DNA of 64,000 nt from contig NC_042998.1 of assembly GCF_006345805.1 (NCBI RefSeq), positions 112,716,001 to 112,780,000 on the forward strand, in the 5' to 3' direction. The number at the start of each line of letters is the position of its first letter. The first letter of the stretch is position 1. The stretch is from Octopus sinensis (taxonomy: Eukaryota). The notes below the pieces were generated by a model that ran no database searches, was not told where the DNA came from, and was given only the letters and a program-made list of their open reading frames with translations. This document shows positions 1-11,439 of this stretch, piece by piece. The position numbers and the translations under genes were made by a program.

Positions 1-321
1 GTGTGTGTGTGTGTGTCAAGGCTGCACAAAACCTTACGGTAAATAATCTATGTTTTCTAATATTAATTTTTTCTTTTCAAATAGACTTTGATGTCACAAC
101 AGACCTGTTGGAAATATTGCTCCCAATATCAAGAGTGTTGATTGTTTTGTTTTTTTAGTTCCTTTTTATTGTATTATCATTGTAACCAGACACTTGGGTA
201 CTCTCATTTTCCTCAGAATTTAACCTGAGTACATTTAAATTGAACGAATGTTCATAAACACGAATGACTGTACATTTACGAAGGGAATTACCATCTTTCA
301 GCTATTGCCAATAGAGAAAAG

Positions 322-495
322 CAGTGGCGTAGCTAACAGGGAGCAAGAGAAGCGACCGTTGCCGCCGAGCACTTTTTTCAAAATTGGCGCCTTTTCAGCA
401 GCTGAGAAAGGAGTTAAAATTGTTTGGTAAGTGTCACGGCGCCTTTTTTTTTATGTGCTCGCTCTCCCTAACTTTAGAACGTGACTACTCCTCTG
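322..495. mobile_element. Degenerate MITE-like element, possibly hAT-type
   Basis: Begins CAGTGGCGTAGC. The right end reverse-complements to CAGAGGAGTAGT (9/12 match). Flanks GAGAAAAG and TAGACAAG match 6/8, like a decayed 8-bp TSD. Confidence 0.35.
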
Positions 496-619
496 TAGAC
501 AAGACCACGTCTTCAGTGTTAAGTATATTGTCTCTAAGGAGAATGTCTTTAATGTTTAATGATAACTGATAGTGAAGAATAGCCAGAACTTCCAGACAAC
601 CTGTGATAACAGGCTTGTA

Positions 620-900
620 TTCAGCTCACGATCGTAAGGTCATGAGTTCGATTCCCGGCGGCGCGATATATCGTTGAACAAGACACTTTATTTTACGTGG
701 CTCCAGTCCACTCAGCTGGCAAAAATGTTGTACTTGTAACTGAAAGAGCCAATCTAGTTATATTTTGTGCCACGCTGAATCTCCTTGAGAACTAAGTTAA
801 GAGTATGCGTGCCTATACAGTGCTCAGCCACTTGCACGTTAATTTTACAATCAGGCTGTCCCGTTAATCAGATTAATTGGAACCTTTGTCGTCGCAAGTG
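620..900 (+). mobile_element. tRNA-derived SINE (family 3, CORE-like body)
   Basis: B-box-like GAGTTCGATTCC, then AAGACACTTTATTTTACGTGGCTCCAGTCCACTCAGCTGGCAAAAATG, which is shared with copies at 1270-1410, 24180-24510, 43030-43296 and 48010-48200. Confidence 0.7.
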
Positions 901-1269
901 CCAGTAACTAACTAGGGCCATCATACATAAAATCGAGAGGAAAAGAAACCTAATGAACAATACTTATGCGGCGAAGAGAAGAAAAGATTAGCTTATTGAC
1001 TAATATAATGTAACCCACCCTTGACAACTCATCACCTACTTCTATTTTATTAGAAATCCTCGACAAGACATAACTTTCTTTATACCTGCCATGCTAGATT
1101 AGTAATAAGAGAATCATTATGTTTCTGCACTATATTTTCACTATTAGGCATAGATATAGTTGTCACTCGCAAACGCTTTCGCTAACTATTTTAGGTGCTC
1201 AGATAGTCGTGAAAAAAGACGCTCTCGGCCTTTCCATGTATGCACCAGCAGATCATCGAGGACAGAAAA

Positions 1270-1410
1270 GCTGGAGGGAGAGAAGGTTGCACCACCAGTC
1301 ACCTTGTACATAATTTCAGTTGAGTAAACTGGAGCAACGTGAACACAACACGCAGTCTGGTCCAGGAATGGAACCTAGAACCTTATGATCGCGAGGCTAA
1401 GGCGCCAATA
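1270..1410 (-). mobile_element. Truncated family 3 SINE
   Basis: GAGTAAACTGGAGCAACGTGAACACAACACGC...CCAGGAATGGAACC is the reverse complement of the family 3 head and body. Confidence 0.6.
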
Positions 1411-1654
1411 ATTATCATACTAACTGACAGAAATTACCCAAGGGAAAAGACGGTGAAGTTAGTGTCATCGTACTAAACATAATGAATAGAGTTTGTGGAA
1501 TAGATCAGCATATAAGCTTTGTTTGTGTCCAAGTTACTGCAAATGTTCCCAAGGACAATTATGTCTATGTAAAGGAAAGATTCGTAGTTTTGACATTCAT
1601 TAATGGCTAAAAGAGACTGGCTGACACTTACACGGACAATTCTCAACAACATTA

Positions 1655-1705
1655 ACAATGACAACAGTAGCAACAACATTATCATCATCATTATCCTCAT
1701 CATCA

Positions 1706-1737
<32 letters not shown>

Positions 1738-2010
1738 ATCATCATCATTATCATCGTGTCCCACATCAGTAGACGCTTTGCGAGGGGAACTTAACGATTA
1801 ATTACCAGATACTTAAGATTTAATTATAGTAACACGGAAACACAGGCAAAGTTTTCTACTAACAAAAACGTTCACAAAGCTTAAATACATTTAGTTATTT
1901 ACGAGGTTGGAATGTTCAAACGATTGTAGTTATGTCCATGCTGGAGCATATTTGATGATGATGATGATGATGATGATGACCACGACGACGACGACAACGA
2001 CGATGATGAT
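1655..2010. repeat. Trinucleotide microsatellites (ATC/GTC)n and (GAT/GAC)n
   Basis: Direct reading at about 1655-1755 and 1953-2010. These explain the poly-I/V/M ORFs. Confidence 0.9.
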
Positions 2011-2514
2011 AGGGGTGAGGGTGGAGGAAGACGTTCCAGATGAGACTATCCTGTTCATGTTTTAGACAGTGAATTTAAGACTAAATCGTATTTTTCGTTG
2101 CTATTTTTGTTGTTGTTGTTGTTGTTTGGCCCCAGGTTAATCTTGATTCAAGAGGCATATTAACAAATGCTTTCCAGCCGTGACCATTTCATTGCTTTTT
2201 GCTTTTTACTGAAATTATATCTAAATTACCCAATGAATTCTCCTTTTATCTTATGACCGTTGAGTGAGATTTGGCTGTTGTTTCCAGATAACTACTGAGA
2301 GATAGAAATTTATTAACCCCATTCTCGTTATTGTAGTATTTTTTGTTTTTAGTGTTTTTACTTTTTGTTAATTTTTACTGTTATTATTGTTTTTGTTGTG
2401 ATAGTGTGGTGGTGGTGACGATGGTGGTGGCAACGGTGATGGCGGTGGAGCGGGGGAGGTGGCAGCGATGGTGGTGCTGAGGGTTACTGATATCAGCAAC
2501 ATATCGCTTCCAAA

Positions 2515-2810
2515 ACGTACGTCGCTAGGGGAAGAAATATAGTACAGCAGAGGTGATATTTCCAGAAGAGGAGGCAATCAAGAAGAACTTCACAATAACC
2601 CTAAAGAGCGACGAATTGGTACCCACTCCTGTCTATGTTGATTCTAGGGTAGTAAGAATAAAGATAGTAGGCGTGTCTCCAGGAATACAGCTCTGAACTT
2701 CTGGCACTTCTAAAAATTGACTGGAAGGTATGGTGCCTCGAAAAAGAAACCATATTGTATCGATCATGGACAGAACTCAATGTAATGACAAGTTGGGACA
2801 AAAGGAGGAA
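2515..2810 (+). pseudogene. Decayed Tx1/L1-type ORF1 fragment
   Basis: With one frameshift it reads YVARGR(K)YSTAEVIFPEEEAIKKNFTITLKSDELVPTPVYVDSRVVRIKIVGVSPGIQ, which aligns by eye with the ORF1 at 49900-50150 (FIARNVKYATV.LLFDTSEED...STYRGRKLTTAWVCGLPPGIE). Confidence 0.55.
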
Positions 2811-2849
2811 ATGTGTTCATAGCGTTTAGTACCTGTTGTAAACAGTTTC

Positions 2850-3525
2850 AAATTTTGCCACAATATTGGTTTCAAATTTTGCCATAAGGGCAGCCATTTT
2901 GGGGGAGGGGATCAGTAAATTACATCGATCCCAGTGTTTCACTGGTACTTAATTTATCGAACACGAGAGGATCAAAGGCTAGGTCGATCTTGGCGAAATT
3001 TGAACTCAGAACGTAGCGACAGACGAAATACCGGCGTGCTAATAATTCTGCCAGCTCACCGCCTTATAACAATACATAATCTTTTCTATTCTAGGCACAA
3101 GGCCCGAAATTTAGGGGGAGGCCATTCGATTTGATCGATCCAGTACGTAACTAGTACTTACTTTATCGACCCCGAAAGGATGAAAGGCAAAGTCGACCTC
3201 GGCGGAATTTGAACTCAGAACGTAAAGACAGACGAAATACCGCTAAGCATTTCGCCCGGCGTGCTAACGTTTCTGCTAGCTCACCGCCTTTTTAACGATA
3301 AACGATAATAATTCTTTGTATCGTATATAATGGTTTCAGACATTTTAGGGTGGGGATAAGCCGATTACATCGACCCCAGTATTTCACTGGTACTTAATTT
3401 ATCAACCTAGAAAGGATGAAGGATAACGTCGACCTCGGCGAAATTTGAACTCAGAACGTAGCGACGGACGAAATACCGCTAAGCATTTTATCCAGCGCGC
3501 TAACGATTCTACCACCCGCTGCCTT
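2850..3525 (-). mobile_element. Three head-to-tail family 2 SINEs (Meta-domain-like)
   Basis: Each carries ATCGACCCCGAAAGGATGAAAGGCAAAGTCGACCTCGGCGGAATTTGAACTCAGAACG or a decayed version. The reverse complement gives a tRNA B-box (GAGTTCAAATTCC) and the GCCTTTCATCCTTTCGGGGTCGATAAA core. Confidence 0.85.
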
Positions 3526-3589
3526 TGTATTGTATATAAAAATGAACTTATTGTATACATACAGTGCTCAGTTTCACTACAACTCACCA

Positions 3590-3930
3590 GAACAAAGTAA
3601 CTGAAACAACTGATGCAGGTAGTTTATTCCATACTTCAGCAATTCTGAGCGTAAAAAAAAATGTTTCCGAAAATAATGTGTTGTTTTCTGACCTTGTAAG
3701 CATGTCCACGTGTGTTTGACGTATGGAATTCAAAACAAGGCGCCCAATGTTGTTGTTGGAAAGATAGTGGATAATCTTGTGGTTGTCCGCCAAGTCAGTT
3801 GCCAGACGTTGGAGTTTTTATGCGCCTCTGTCCAAGAAAGCAAGACGTCCAGATTATGAGGCCTGACGGCGGGTATTCTTCTCGTTGATGCAGTGCCGTC
3901 CAGTTCGAGGATTGGTATGGCTGACATAAT
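3590..3930 (-). mobile_element. CR1-group LINE 3' ORF2 fragment
   Basis: HKIIHYLSNNN...FFFTLRIAEVWNKLPASVVS matches the typical CR1/L2 C-terminal FFxxRVxxxWNxLP motif. Confidence 0.7.
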
Positions 3931-4249
3931 TATAACTACAACATAATTCTAATTCAATTATCGAGTAGACCTAATTTTATAGGTTTTCAGAAATGTTGAG
4001 TGAAATTTATGACTACAGGAAGGATTGCATCTGAAAACTTATTTAACATATTAGCGTTATATAATTTAAGGATTATATACGATTCCCTTACACACAATAT
4101 ACACCTGTTTGAACTATTACCATATGGAAGAACCCTCGCAATTATGGTCGTATGTTAGGTCGTAAGGCAAGTTACAATCCCTACGTTTATTTATATATGC
4201 CGCTAAAGTAGTGGAATTCTTATACTTAGGGTTTGAAAAGGAATTCAGG

Positions 4250-4632
4250 GATCATATATCTATGTAAGAGGCAGGCCTCACGAATTGCATCTCACTACAC
4301 GTGTATATTCAGAATAATTCAGCACTGAATCTATTCCAGTTGAATATAAGAGTGAACAGCTCTATGTACTATGCTAGATACATTTGGTGTTCGTCTGGTA
4401 TGTTGATTTTTTTTTGTTCATTTTTATGTATCTTGATTATGCCTGCACTGACGATTAGAAAGTGCATTTTGTATACTAACTCTGAAATCATATGATTTGC
4501 AGCTGAATCTGTTTTTAAGAGTTCGCTTCAAGAGTTGCATTCCCTCGCGGTCGGTACACTGTATTTATTATGGTAGTTTTGATTTTAAGAGTCCCTCATA
4601 GCATGAGGCATTTACGTGTAGTAATGCCCTTA
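4250..4632 (+). repeat. Unclassified (TA)n-adjacent interspersed repeat, copy 1 (segments A-B-C)
   Basis: Segments recur at 4931-5075 (C, inverted), 5546-5675 (B, inverted) and 5670-5775 (A, direct), at roughly 80% identity by eye. Confidence 0.75.
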
Positions 4633-4636
<4 letters not shown>

Positions 4637-4711
<75 letters not shown>

Positions 4712-4732
4712 ATACATACATACATACATACG

Positions 4733-4783
<51 letters not shown>

Positions 4784-4798
4784 ACATACATACATACG

Positions 4799-4887
<89 letters not shown>

Positions 4888-4899
4888 AACATATATATC

Positions 4900-4930
<31 letters not shown>
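4637..4930. repeat. Compound (TA)n/(TACA)n microsatellite
   Basis: Direct reading. Confidence 0.95.
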
Positions 4931-4933
<3 letters not shown>

Positions 4934-5074
4934 AAGAGCATTACTATACATAAATGCCTCATGCTAGGAGGACTCTTAAAGTGAAAATACCATGATAAAT
5001 AAACACATTGTATCGAACGCGAGGAAATGCAACTCTCGAAGCGAGCATTTTAAAATCAGAATTCAGCCGCAAAT

Positions 5075-5140
5075 CATAGCTCAGAGGTTAGAGCACTGGT
5101 CTTGTAAAGGGGTCGTGAGTTCGATTCTCACTGGGGGCTG
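5075..5140 (+). pseudogene. tRNA-Thr(UGU) pseudogene embedded in a repeat
   Basis: ATAGCTCAGAGGTTAGAGCACTGGTCTTGTAAA---GGGGTCGTGAGTTCGATTCTCACTGGGGGCT matches eukaryotic tRNA-Thr-TGT as I recall it, but lacks CCA in the anticodon stem 3' strand and lacks the 5' acceptor strand. Confidence 0.8.
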
Positions 5141-5154
5141 CACAGAAATTTTAT

Positions 5155-5546
5155 AGGCGCAGGAGTGGCTGTGTGGTAAGTAGCTTGCTAACCAATACAT
5201 GGTTCCAGGTTCAGTCCCACTGTGTGGCACGTTGGGCAAGTGTCTTTACTATATAGCCTCGGGCCGAAAGCCATGTGAGTGGATTTGGTAGACGGAAACT
5301 GAATGAAGCCCGTCGTATATATGTATATAATATATCCATGCGTGTGTGTGTTGTCCCCCTAGCATGCTTGACAACCGATGCTGGTGTGTTTATGTACCCG
5401 TTACCTAGCGGTTCGGCAAAGAGACCGATAGAATAAGTACTGGGCTTACAAAAGAATAAGTCCCGGGGTCGAGTTGCTCGATAAAGGCGGTGCTCCAGCA
5501 TGGCCGCAGTCCATGACTGAAACAAGTAAAAGAGTAAAAGAGAGAG
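5155..5546 (+). mobile_element. Family 1 SINE (CORE-like, internal microsatellite), full length
   Basis: AGGCGCAGGAGTGGCTGTGTGGTAAG head, GGGCAAGTGTCTT core, TA/GT linker, tail ending GACTGAAACAAGTAAAAGAG. Confidence 0.9.
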
Positions 5547-5989
5547 TAGTGCACAAAGTGCACTTTTTAATCGTCAGTGCAAGCATAATTCAAGACACAT
5601 AAAAATGAACAAAAATCAACATACCAGACGAACACCAGATGTATCCAGCATAGCAGATAGAATTGTTCACACTTATATATCTATGTAAAAGGCGGGCTTT
5701 TCGAATTGCATCTCGGTACACGTGTTTACTCAGAATAAAAATTCAGCACTGAATATATTCCGGTTAAATTTACAATTGAAAAATTGGTACTTATGGGAAC
5801 AACTGTCTTTGGAGACTCGTCTTGTTGTTCAATTCAATGATCGACAACTGATTCGTTTTTTATGTTATTTGTCCTGTTTTCCATTTGTTTTTCTCGTTGT
5901 TTGCGTATTGAACTCATTTGTTTTAGTTTTTCGTGTTGTTTACTGTTGGTGACGTCCTGTACCCATATATATATATATATACATATTTG

Positions 5990-6290
5990 TATATATATAT
6001 ATATATAATAAATTTATAATTACAATTAATGTTACACGAAGTACGAGCTTGCTAAAAATAACGGTCAAAAATACTCTAAGTGATATTGCTATTATTATCG
6101 TTATATATTTATTTAATGTTAATAATGATAGAGAGTCACGACTATTGAAAAGGTTGCAAGACGCAACGAAAAATTTAGGAAAATAAAAATAAAAAATAAG
6201 CGGAAATTTTACCGATGAGTGTGTTAAATTATAAGGCGCATAAAGAAAATGACCCTCCCCAGACATAACAGAATAATAGTAATAATATCT
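5990..6290 (-). repeat. Unclassified microsatellite-flanked repeat
   Basis: AAGGTTGCAAGACGCAACGAAAA...TTATAAGGCGCATAAAGAAAATGACCCTCCCCAGAC has a reverse-complement copy at 44557-44690. Confidence 0.7.
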
Positions 6291-6368
6291 ATATCTATAT
6301 AAATATAAATACTTATTTGAATATTTATTCATTGAGATATATATATATAATACACACACACACACACA

Positions 6369-7232
6369 CAGAGGTGCGGTGAATATGTTGTCGTCAAATT
6401 ACGCAAAAATGAAAATAACCCTGACATTTCATTTTAACAGATATATTTACCAAGATTGCATAAAAGTATCTATAAATTCTAAAGAGTAAGTTTATTTAAT
6501 AAAATCGCCATTGGTTTCAGCCACGGCCTCCAGACGACTGCGGAATCTCCTGTAGCTCTTCTTTGCGGTTTTCAAGCTTACGTTGGTGAATGCTGCCATA
6601 ACCTTGCCTTCAGTTCATCTTTGGTGTTACAAAGAGTTTTGTTGGTTTCCCGCTCAACTGCACCCCACACGTAATAATCAAGGAGGCTGCAGTCTGAGGA
6701 GTCATGTGGCCAGATGTTAGGAGTGATGTGCTCGCAGAAATTGTCTGACAACCATGATTGGGTTCTCCTGCTTGTGTGGCATGGTGCAGAGTCCTGTTGC
6801 CAGATACAGGGTCTTCCAGCAGCCATCCTCTTCACGCAGGATAGCACTACCTGATCCAGGCACTCGATGTTGGCCTCCGTGGTGTGACTGAGGCCGTGTT
6901 GGAAGATGAATGGAGGCATAACTTCGCCATCACTAGTGATTACTCCAAACACCATGATGTTGACTGGATGTTTGATTTGTATCACTTTCGGCACATGTTT
7001 TGGGAACACGGCAAGCTAACAGTTCGCTTTGAAGCTTCCGGTGGGAATGCCAAGCAGTACTGTATGTCGCTTCCAAATTTATAGCAGTGTGAATTGCTTC
7101 ATGATGCTGTTTTTCTCACAGACGGTGCCCAGCTAAGCCTACTATACTGTATAGTCGACAAAATCAAAAACAACAATGCTCATGCGCGAAATTAAAAAAT
7201 ATAAAATGGTGACAATTTACCCATTGCACTTG

Positions 7233-7233
<1 letters not shown>
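6369..7233 (-). mobile_element. Internally deleted Tc1/mariner element, DD37D (maT)-like
   Basis: ORF 6578-7009 has WQQDSAPCH and WPHDSSDCSLLDYYVWGAVE. An N-terminal remnant (IWKRHTVLLGI) is joined directly to the catalytic region. Ends are degenerate inverted repeats. Confidence 0.85.
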
Positions 7234-7267
<34 letters not shown>

Positions 7268-7280
7268 TTCCCTATGCAAA

Positions 7281-7698
7281 TTGTTTGATTGTTTTGGCTC
7301 AGCAGAGAATGGGCATTTAGCTAAAAAAGTTTTCATATTATATAACCTCGCACACAGCAACTACCATAACAGGACCACCATTATTTTGATTTGGGAGTCT
7401 TCGTCTTTGTCCTTAGATATGCTGGGAAGAAGAAAAGAAAATCTCCAAAGTATGACTGATGAAGAAATTTTACTGTTGTCTTTGAAAGATATGAACATTT
7501 CCAAATTAACATCAATTGATCTTCCGTTGTCTAATGGAATCATTTCTGCTCTTTTCCCTGGTGTTGAACTTCCAATCATGGAAGATGATAAGTTTAAAGT
7601 CAACATCAAAAGTGAACTTATTGAAAACAATCTTTTGTTGAATGCCTTCACCGTTGTGAAAGTGATTCAGCTGGGAGAGATCAAAGAATCGCCATTCT
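7281..7698 (+). pseudogene. DNAH2: Decayed axonemal dynein heavy chain fragment (end of AAA1 into AAA2), DNAH2-like
   Basis: Combining frames gives LAKKVFILYNLA-QQL*QDH.YFDL....[10 protein letters not shown]...MTDEEILLLSLKDMNISKLTSIDLPLSNGIISALFPGVELP...FTVVKVIQL.E.KN-RHS. This is colinear with DNAH2 as I recall it ([39 protein letters not shown]...TDEEVLLLSMRDMNIAKLTSVDAPLFNAIVQDLFP). It has frameshifts and a stop. Confidence 0.8.
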
Positions 7699-8099
7699 AC
7701 TATATATATATATATATAAAGCTGAAGTTGTCTGTGTATGGCAGGTTTGGTAGCCTTCAACTAACACTATCTCCTCCGAGACCCTGCGGCGCAAGTTGAC
7801 CAAAATTGAGAGTATGATAGATGAAGGCTTACTCTTCCTTCCGTAGAAGAAAAAATTCAATTCGGACCATGTTAACACCCAAAATTATTTACATTAAAAA
7901 AATGCTTTTTTTTTTCTATGAAAATCCCTATTTTTTACGATTTTTCGACTGCCGTGTCGCCATTTTTCGTTGTATTTCAACAAGAAAAATGTTCACTTAA
8001 AGAGAATAACAAGCTACATAATGCAAAATTTTTACTTTTCAAAAATTCCAATTCTAAAGGGTCCAAACAAACCCGAGAAACGCCGGGCGATAGTGCTAG
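7696..8099 (+). mobile_element. Non-autonomous Helitron-like element
   Basis: 5' end TCTAC(TA)nAAGCTGAAGTTGTCTG. 3' end has GC-rich CCCGAGAAACGCCGGG followed by CTAG then T. No TIR or TSD. The 5' flank base is T rather than the canonical A. Confidence 0.65.
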
Positions 8100-8198
8100 T
8101 ATTTATAATAAATCTTAATAAAATTGATAACTTAAACTGTGCCGGTGCTTTACTCATCATCTATTTATACGTGTATATATATATATATATATATATAT

Positions 8199-8588
8199 AT
8201 CTTTTACTGGTTTCAGTCATTTTGACAGTGGCCATGCTGGAGCACCGCCTTTTAGTCGAGCAAATCGACCCCAGGACTTATTCTTTGTAAGCCTAATAAT
8301 TATTCTATCAGACACTTTTGCCGAACCGCTAAGTTACGGGGACGTAAACACACCAACATCGGTTGTCAAGCGATGGTGGGGGGAAAAACACAGACACAAA
8401 AATATATTATATATATATATATATATACGCCGGCTTCTTTCAGTTTCCGTCTACCACATCCACTCATAATGCTTTTGTCGGCCCGATCCTATTGTAGAAG
8501 ACACCTGCCCAAGGTGTCACGCAGTGGGACTGAACCCTGAACCATGTGGTTGGGAAGCAAGCTTCTTACCACACAGCCACTCCTGTGC
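8199..8588 (-). mobile_element. Family 1 SINE, full length
   Basis: Reverse complement of the 5155-5546 element. Confidence 0.9.
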
Positions 8589-9362
8589 TATATATAGTGT
8601 ATTTTTTAGGACGGTTTCGATATTTATGTTAATTCTGATGGTGGTTTTTAATTTACTCTCTAAACAGCTTCAATTAATATTTTCTTAAACAACCCTTGGT
8701 TCCTAACATTCATTTAACCGTTGTAAATTTATCTGTGATATTAAAGGAATAAATGAAATCAAATTGTGCTAGGCAAGGATCGAAACCTGTTCGCAGTATG
8801 CTGATTCGTCAAAAAACTTACTTCTCCTTCTGCTTCCCCTGCCACTATTTCACAAATAATTTATTGGTTCCTAGAATATACACAATAGATCATACTTTGG
8901 TCGAGAGTAGAATCGATTGAATCAACTCAAGTACCTGACAAATATTTTATTTTATCGACAGCCAAAGAAGGACACGCAAAGTGGCAAGATTTAAACTTAG
9001 AAGGCGAAGAATTGCAATTTTATCAAATAATTGTTGCTTCCTAAAATTGGCAGAAAGTCACACACTTTGGGGGAATGGTTATATTTGATTATACATTCGA
9101 TTAACAGATATCCTTTTTTTAAATAATTATTTATAGAAAATCCTTTATGTTTATTCTTTGTGAGTGAGATAGATTTAACTCTATTAGGAGACTATAATTT
9201 GCTTTGTAACACGAACTTACTTGGTAGTAAACGATTGCTGTCGCTATACGCTTTATATCTCGAACAGAAAATACTGTTGTACTTCAATCACACCCATTGT
9301 TATCTCCCCTTAATTGTAAAGAATCTAAAGTAGCTTCCCTTGTATTTATCACCTTCAGTATA

Positions 9363-9917
9363 CAGGGTAGCCCAAAAGTAGATTTACAGTTACTCAACTA
9401 TTTCTTTCGCATTCGTTTATTAACAGTTTAGATCTTAATTATAAAAAAATATGAAACCATTATTCTATGATGATTTAGTTAATTTTGTCAAGCTCATATA
9501 CACTGACAGTAAGAGACTGCCTTAACCAAGCCTTTCCACAGTTGGTTTGGAAGGCGGGGCAGTATCGAATGGCCTGACACAAATGGATTACTTGGGGGAG
9601 GAGGGGTTGTAAAGAACAAGGTTTATGAGAAGGATACCAAAACAGTAAATGAATTGAGATTACATTTCTGACGCATTCACTGAAATTGATGGAGATCGGA
9701 ATTTATGCCGCACTGTGTGTCAGTGTTCTGAAGAGGTTTGAAGAATGTTGCAATGTTGAAGGAGGACATTTTGAGCATCTGAGAGATTAAACATTGTCTG
9801 CTTCAGATGTGCATAAACAATATGATTGAAAGATAGAAATTTAAATGTAATAAAACGTTTTAAAAGAAATTTAAAGAGCTTACGTGATAACTGTAAACCT
9901 ACTTTTGGGCCACTCTG
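9363..9917 (+). mobile_element. Internally deleted Tc1/mariner element (rosa/DD41D-like C-terminus)
   Basis: TIRs CAGGGTAGCCCAAAAGTAGATTTACAGTT and CAGAGTGGCCCAAAAGTAGGTTTACAGTT with TA flanks. The remnant reads VVKNKVYEK...CCNVEGGHFEHLRD*. Confidence 0.8.
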
Positions 9918-10099
9918 TACATGCTATATTTATCTATTGCTTGAGGTAGAAACAAAAGCAGCATTGGTTATTCAGATGTAGTTTTCTACTAATAATATTA
10001 TTTGGCGTTTCACGCAAATTTTCAAATATTAAAGAAACATTATTATGACCCTGTTAAAAGTGCAATTAGTCTGATCTGTTGGTGCCTTTCTGTTGCTCA

Positions 10100-11150
10100 A
10101 GCGTAGAGTAACATATCAATTATAAGTTATCTGCTAATGTCTTTACAAAAGTAAGCTTGTATGATCTTTCGCTGAGCGTATGTTCTTTCGTTTCTTGGGA
10201 ACGGCACAGGATCTGTTGGTCAGGAGGCTATTCTTCTGCTAACACTCACTCTACAGATTCTCCATATGCGATGACTGACGATGCGCAGGTTCGTACTGGT
10301 GCTATAACACAAGAGTCAAAGCTTGGAATATTGATCCGTCGACGCTTCTGCAGCACAGTACAGGCTTCTAGTGAACGCAAGTGGGACGCATACTACATGT
10401 GAACGTGTAGGATCTACATTAATATACAGATTTTTATGACACCCAATCTGAAGACCACAGAGCAATCCCAGAAATACATCACTTTGTGAGTACAGAAAAA
10501 TGGTGATAAGATTGGGGATATAAGATAGAAAGCCCACTTGTTACAAGAGCCGGAAAGGTAGAGAAAGAGAGAAAAATGGACAACAGCAAAAGCATCAATA
10601 GTAACAGCAGCTACTTTTCTCAGAGCACCACAAGTCGTAGCGCGGATAACGGAAGAAATTCTCACAATCTTAATGACAGGTGCCGGAAACTAAAAGTCTT
10701 TGGTCTCTACCTGTGTCACTACATCATTTTCCTGCGATAATTGTTAGAAGGTAGGTGATAGACATTGATAGCAATTTTTTGTGTAGTGGGAAAGAAAGAA
10801 AAAAATACCACTACCACTGCCCCTCTAAAATAAGTGAGTACATGCAAAAAACGAGTAAGGCATTCGAGGAGGAACCCATTCCCTCTTGGAGTATATAAAG
10901 TTACAAAGTCCGTCAAATAGCCATCGAAAGAATGACAGCCATTTTGAACGATGTACAGGGAAGCAAAGGAAATATTAAATGCAGATTGAAGAGATTGAAG
11001 AGATTGAAGAGAATTTGAGTGGAACATGGAAATGAATAAGAGTCACTCTTATGTCTATGAACAGTTTTGCTTCAGCTTCCAGAAGGATCTGGACTATTTC
11101 TCTGCCACTCTGAAGTCATCTTCGAAGTGCACCTTGCAAATGAAATAGAA
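10100..11150 (-). mobile_element. Heavily decayed CR1/Jockey-group RT remnant (tentative)
   Basis: Ordered weak motifs on the minus strand: GCHSF..TDFVTLY (about IHSYADDTTLH), LTRFLHVLT (about KTQFLHLST), RLGV..HM*YASH (about KLGV..PCMEYASH), INIPSFDSC. Many stops. Confidence 0.4.
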
Positions 11151-11154
11151 ACAA

Positions 11155-11262
11155 GATCTATTAAATAGATTAAATCTATTAAAAGCTATTAAATCTATGA
11201 AATAGATAAATCTATTAAAAGCTATTAAATCTATGAAATAGATAAATCTATTAAACAGTAAA
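11155..11262. repeat. Short tandem repeat, 36-bp unit, about 2.5 copies
   Basis: AAATCTATTAAAAGCTATTAAATCTATGAAATAGAT repeated. Confidence 0.85.
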
Positions 11263-11439
11263 TAGAAAAGGATCGGGATCGTCAATTGACCTCATAAAAA
11301 TCCCTGGCGGTAGAGTACCACTCGTGAGAAAGTGGGGGATGCCCTAATTTGCTTTATCTCTATATTCATTTATTTGTATCAGTGTACTTATAACGAAAGG
11401 TTTCGTCAGACAGGGTTGACTATTAATCTGCACCAGTAT

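Noticed and set aside
4568-4901. Long YI/IY, HT, CV, LS, RE and poly-L ORFs here and throughout the window
   Set aside because: They are translations of (TA)n, (CA)n, (CT)n, (ATGT)n, (GATA)n and trinucleotide microsatellites.
5155-5230. SINE heads here and elsewhere as tRNA genes
   Set aside because: They have A/B-box-like motifs but no complete cloverleaf, and they continue into SINE bodies.
10157-11027. Hydrophobic ORFs considered as receptor or membrane protein exons
   Set aside because: No consistent frame or splice pattern. Scattered motifs fit a decayed LINE RT better, though that call is itself tentative.
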